The position numbers were made by a program, and so were the translations under genes. Below the pieces are notes generated by a model that saw nothing but the letters and a program-made list of their open reading frames with translations, was not told the origin of the DNA and made no database searches. Positions 63,730 through 64,000 of a stretch of DNA of 64,000 bases are shown here, in pieces (position 1 is the stretch's first letter; each line of letters starts with the position of its first letter). Source of the DNA: Lingula anatina (Eukaryota > Animalia > Brachiopoda); NCBI GenBank assembly GCA_051362555.1, contig CM120646.1, positions 7,130,001 through 7,194,000 on the forward strand, written 5' to 3'.

Positions 63730-64000
63730 ATCTACCAGTACTTACAGACTAACCTCACACCATATTCTCGCAGGGGAATCCCATGAGATATACAATGTAA
63801 CTCGAGTACTAGTGGGGTTAGAGGGTGTTCTTTGTACGGCACGTAACTACGTTAGCTTATTTGTAAATTTAATAATATTGTCAATGAATATGATTATAAG
63901 GAATGATTTTTTAGCCTTTCAGAGGAGGAATTGGGTGATACACCCCTTCAAGCACGAGTGAAGAGATCAGGTATGTTAATAATTTTAGCAGTATAACATG

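Overview
AT-rich, intron-containing animal genomic DNA (an invertebrate is inferred from repeat and gene content; the species cannot be determined). Positions 1-39 kb hold a tandem segmental triplication (ATG-to-ATG spacing 12,696 and 18,329 bp). Each unit carries a minus-strand 3-exon gene that the ORF track shows only in fragments. Spliced, it encodes a ~272-aa secreted protein made of a signal peptide, a short N-terminal segment and one stand-alone von Willebrand factor type D (VWD)-like domain. Two copies are complete and intact; the third runs off the window. The copies share a TATA/Inr promoter, near-identical signal peptides and conserved UTR/flanks, but their mature regions are strongly diverged. 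Each unit also carries what looks like a decayed single-exon rhodopsin-class GPCR. Positions 41-61 kb hold a duplicated F-type lectin locus: one 4-exon FTLD+PAN/Apple gene disabled by one stop codon, and one more decayed copy. Mobile elements include an intact, very young BEL/Pao LTR retrotransposon, two Tc1 families, an ISL2EU (YqaJ + Harbinger-like transposase) remnant, Harbinger and EnSpm-like MITEs, two LINE relics and a near-perfect 935-bp foldback element. All alignments and counts were done by eye.
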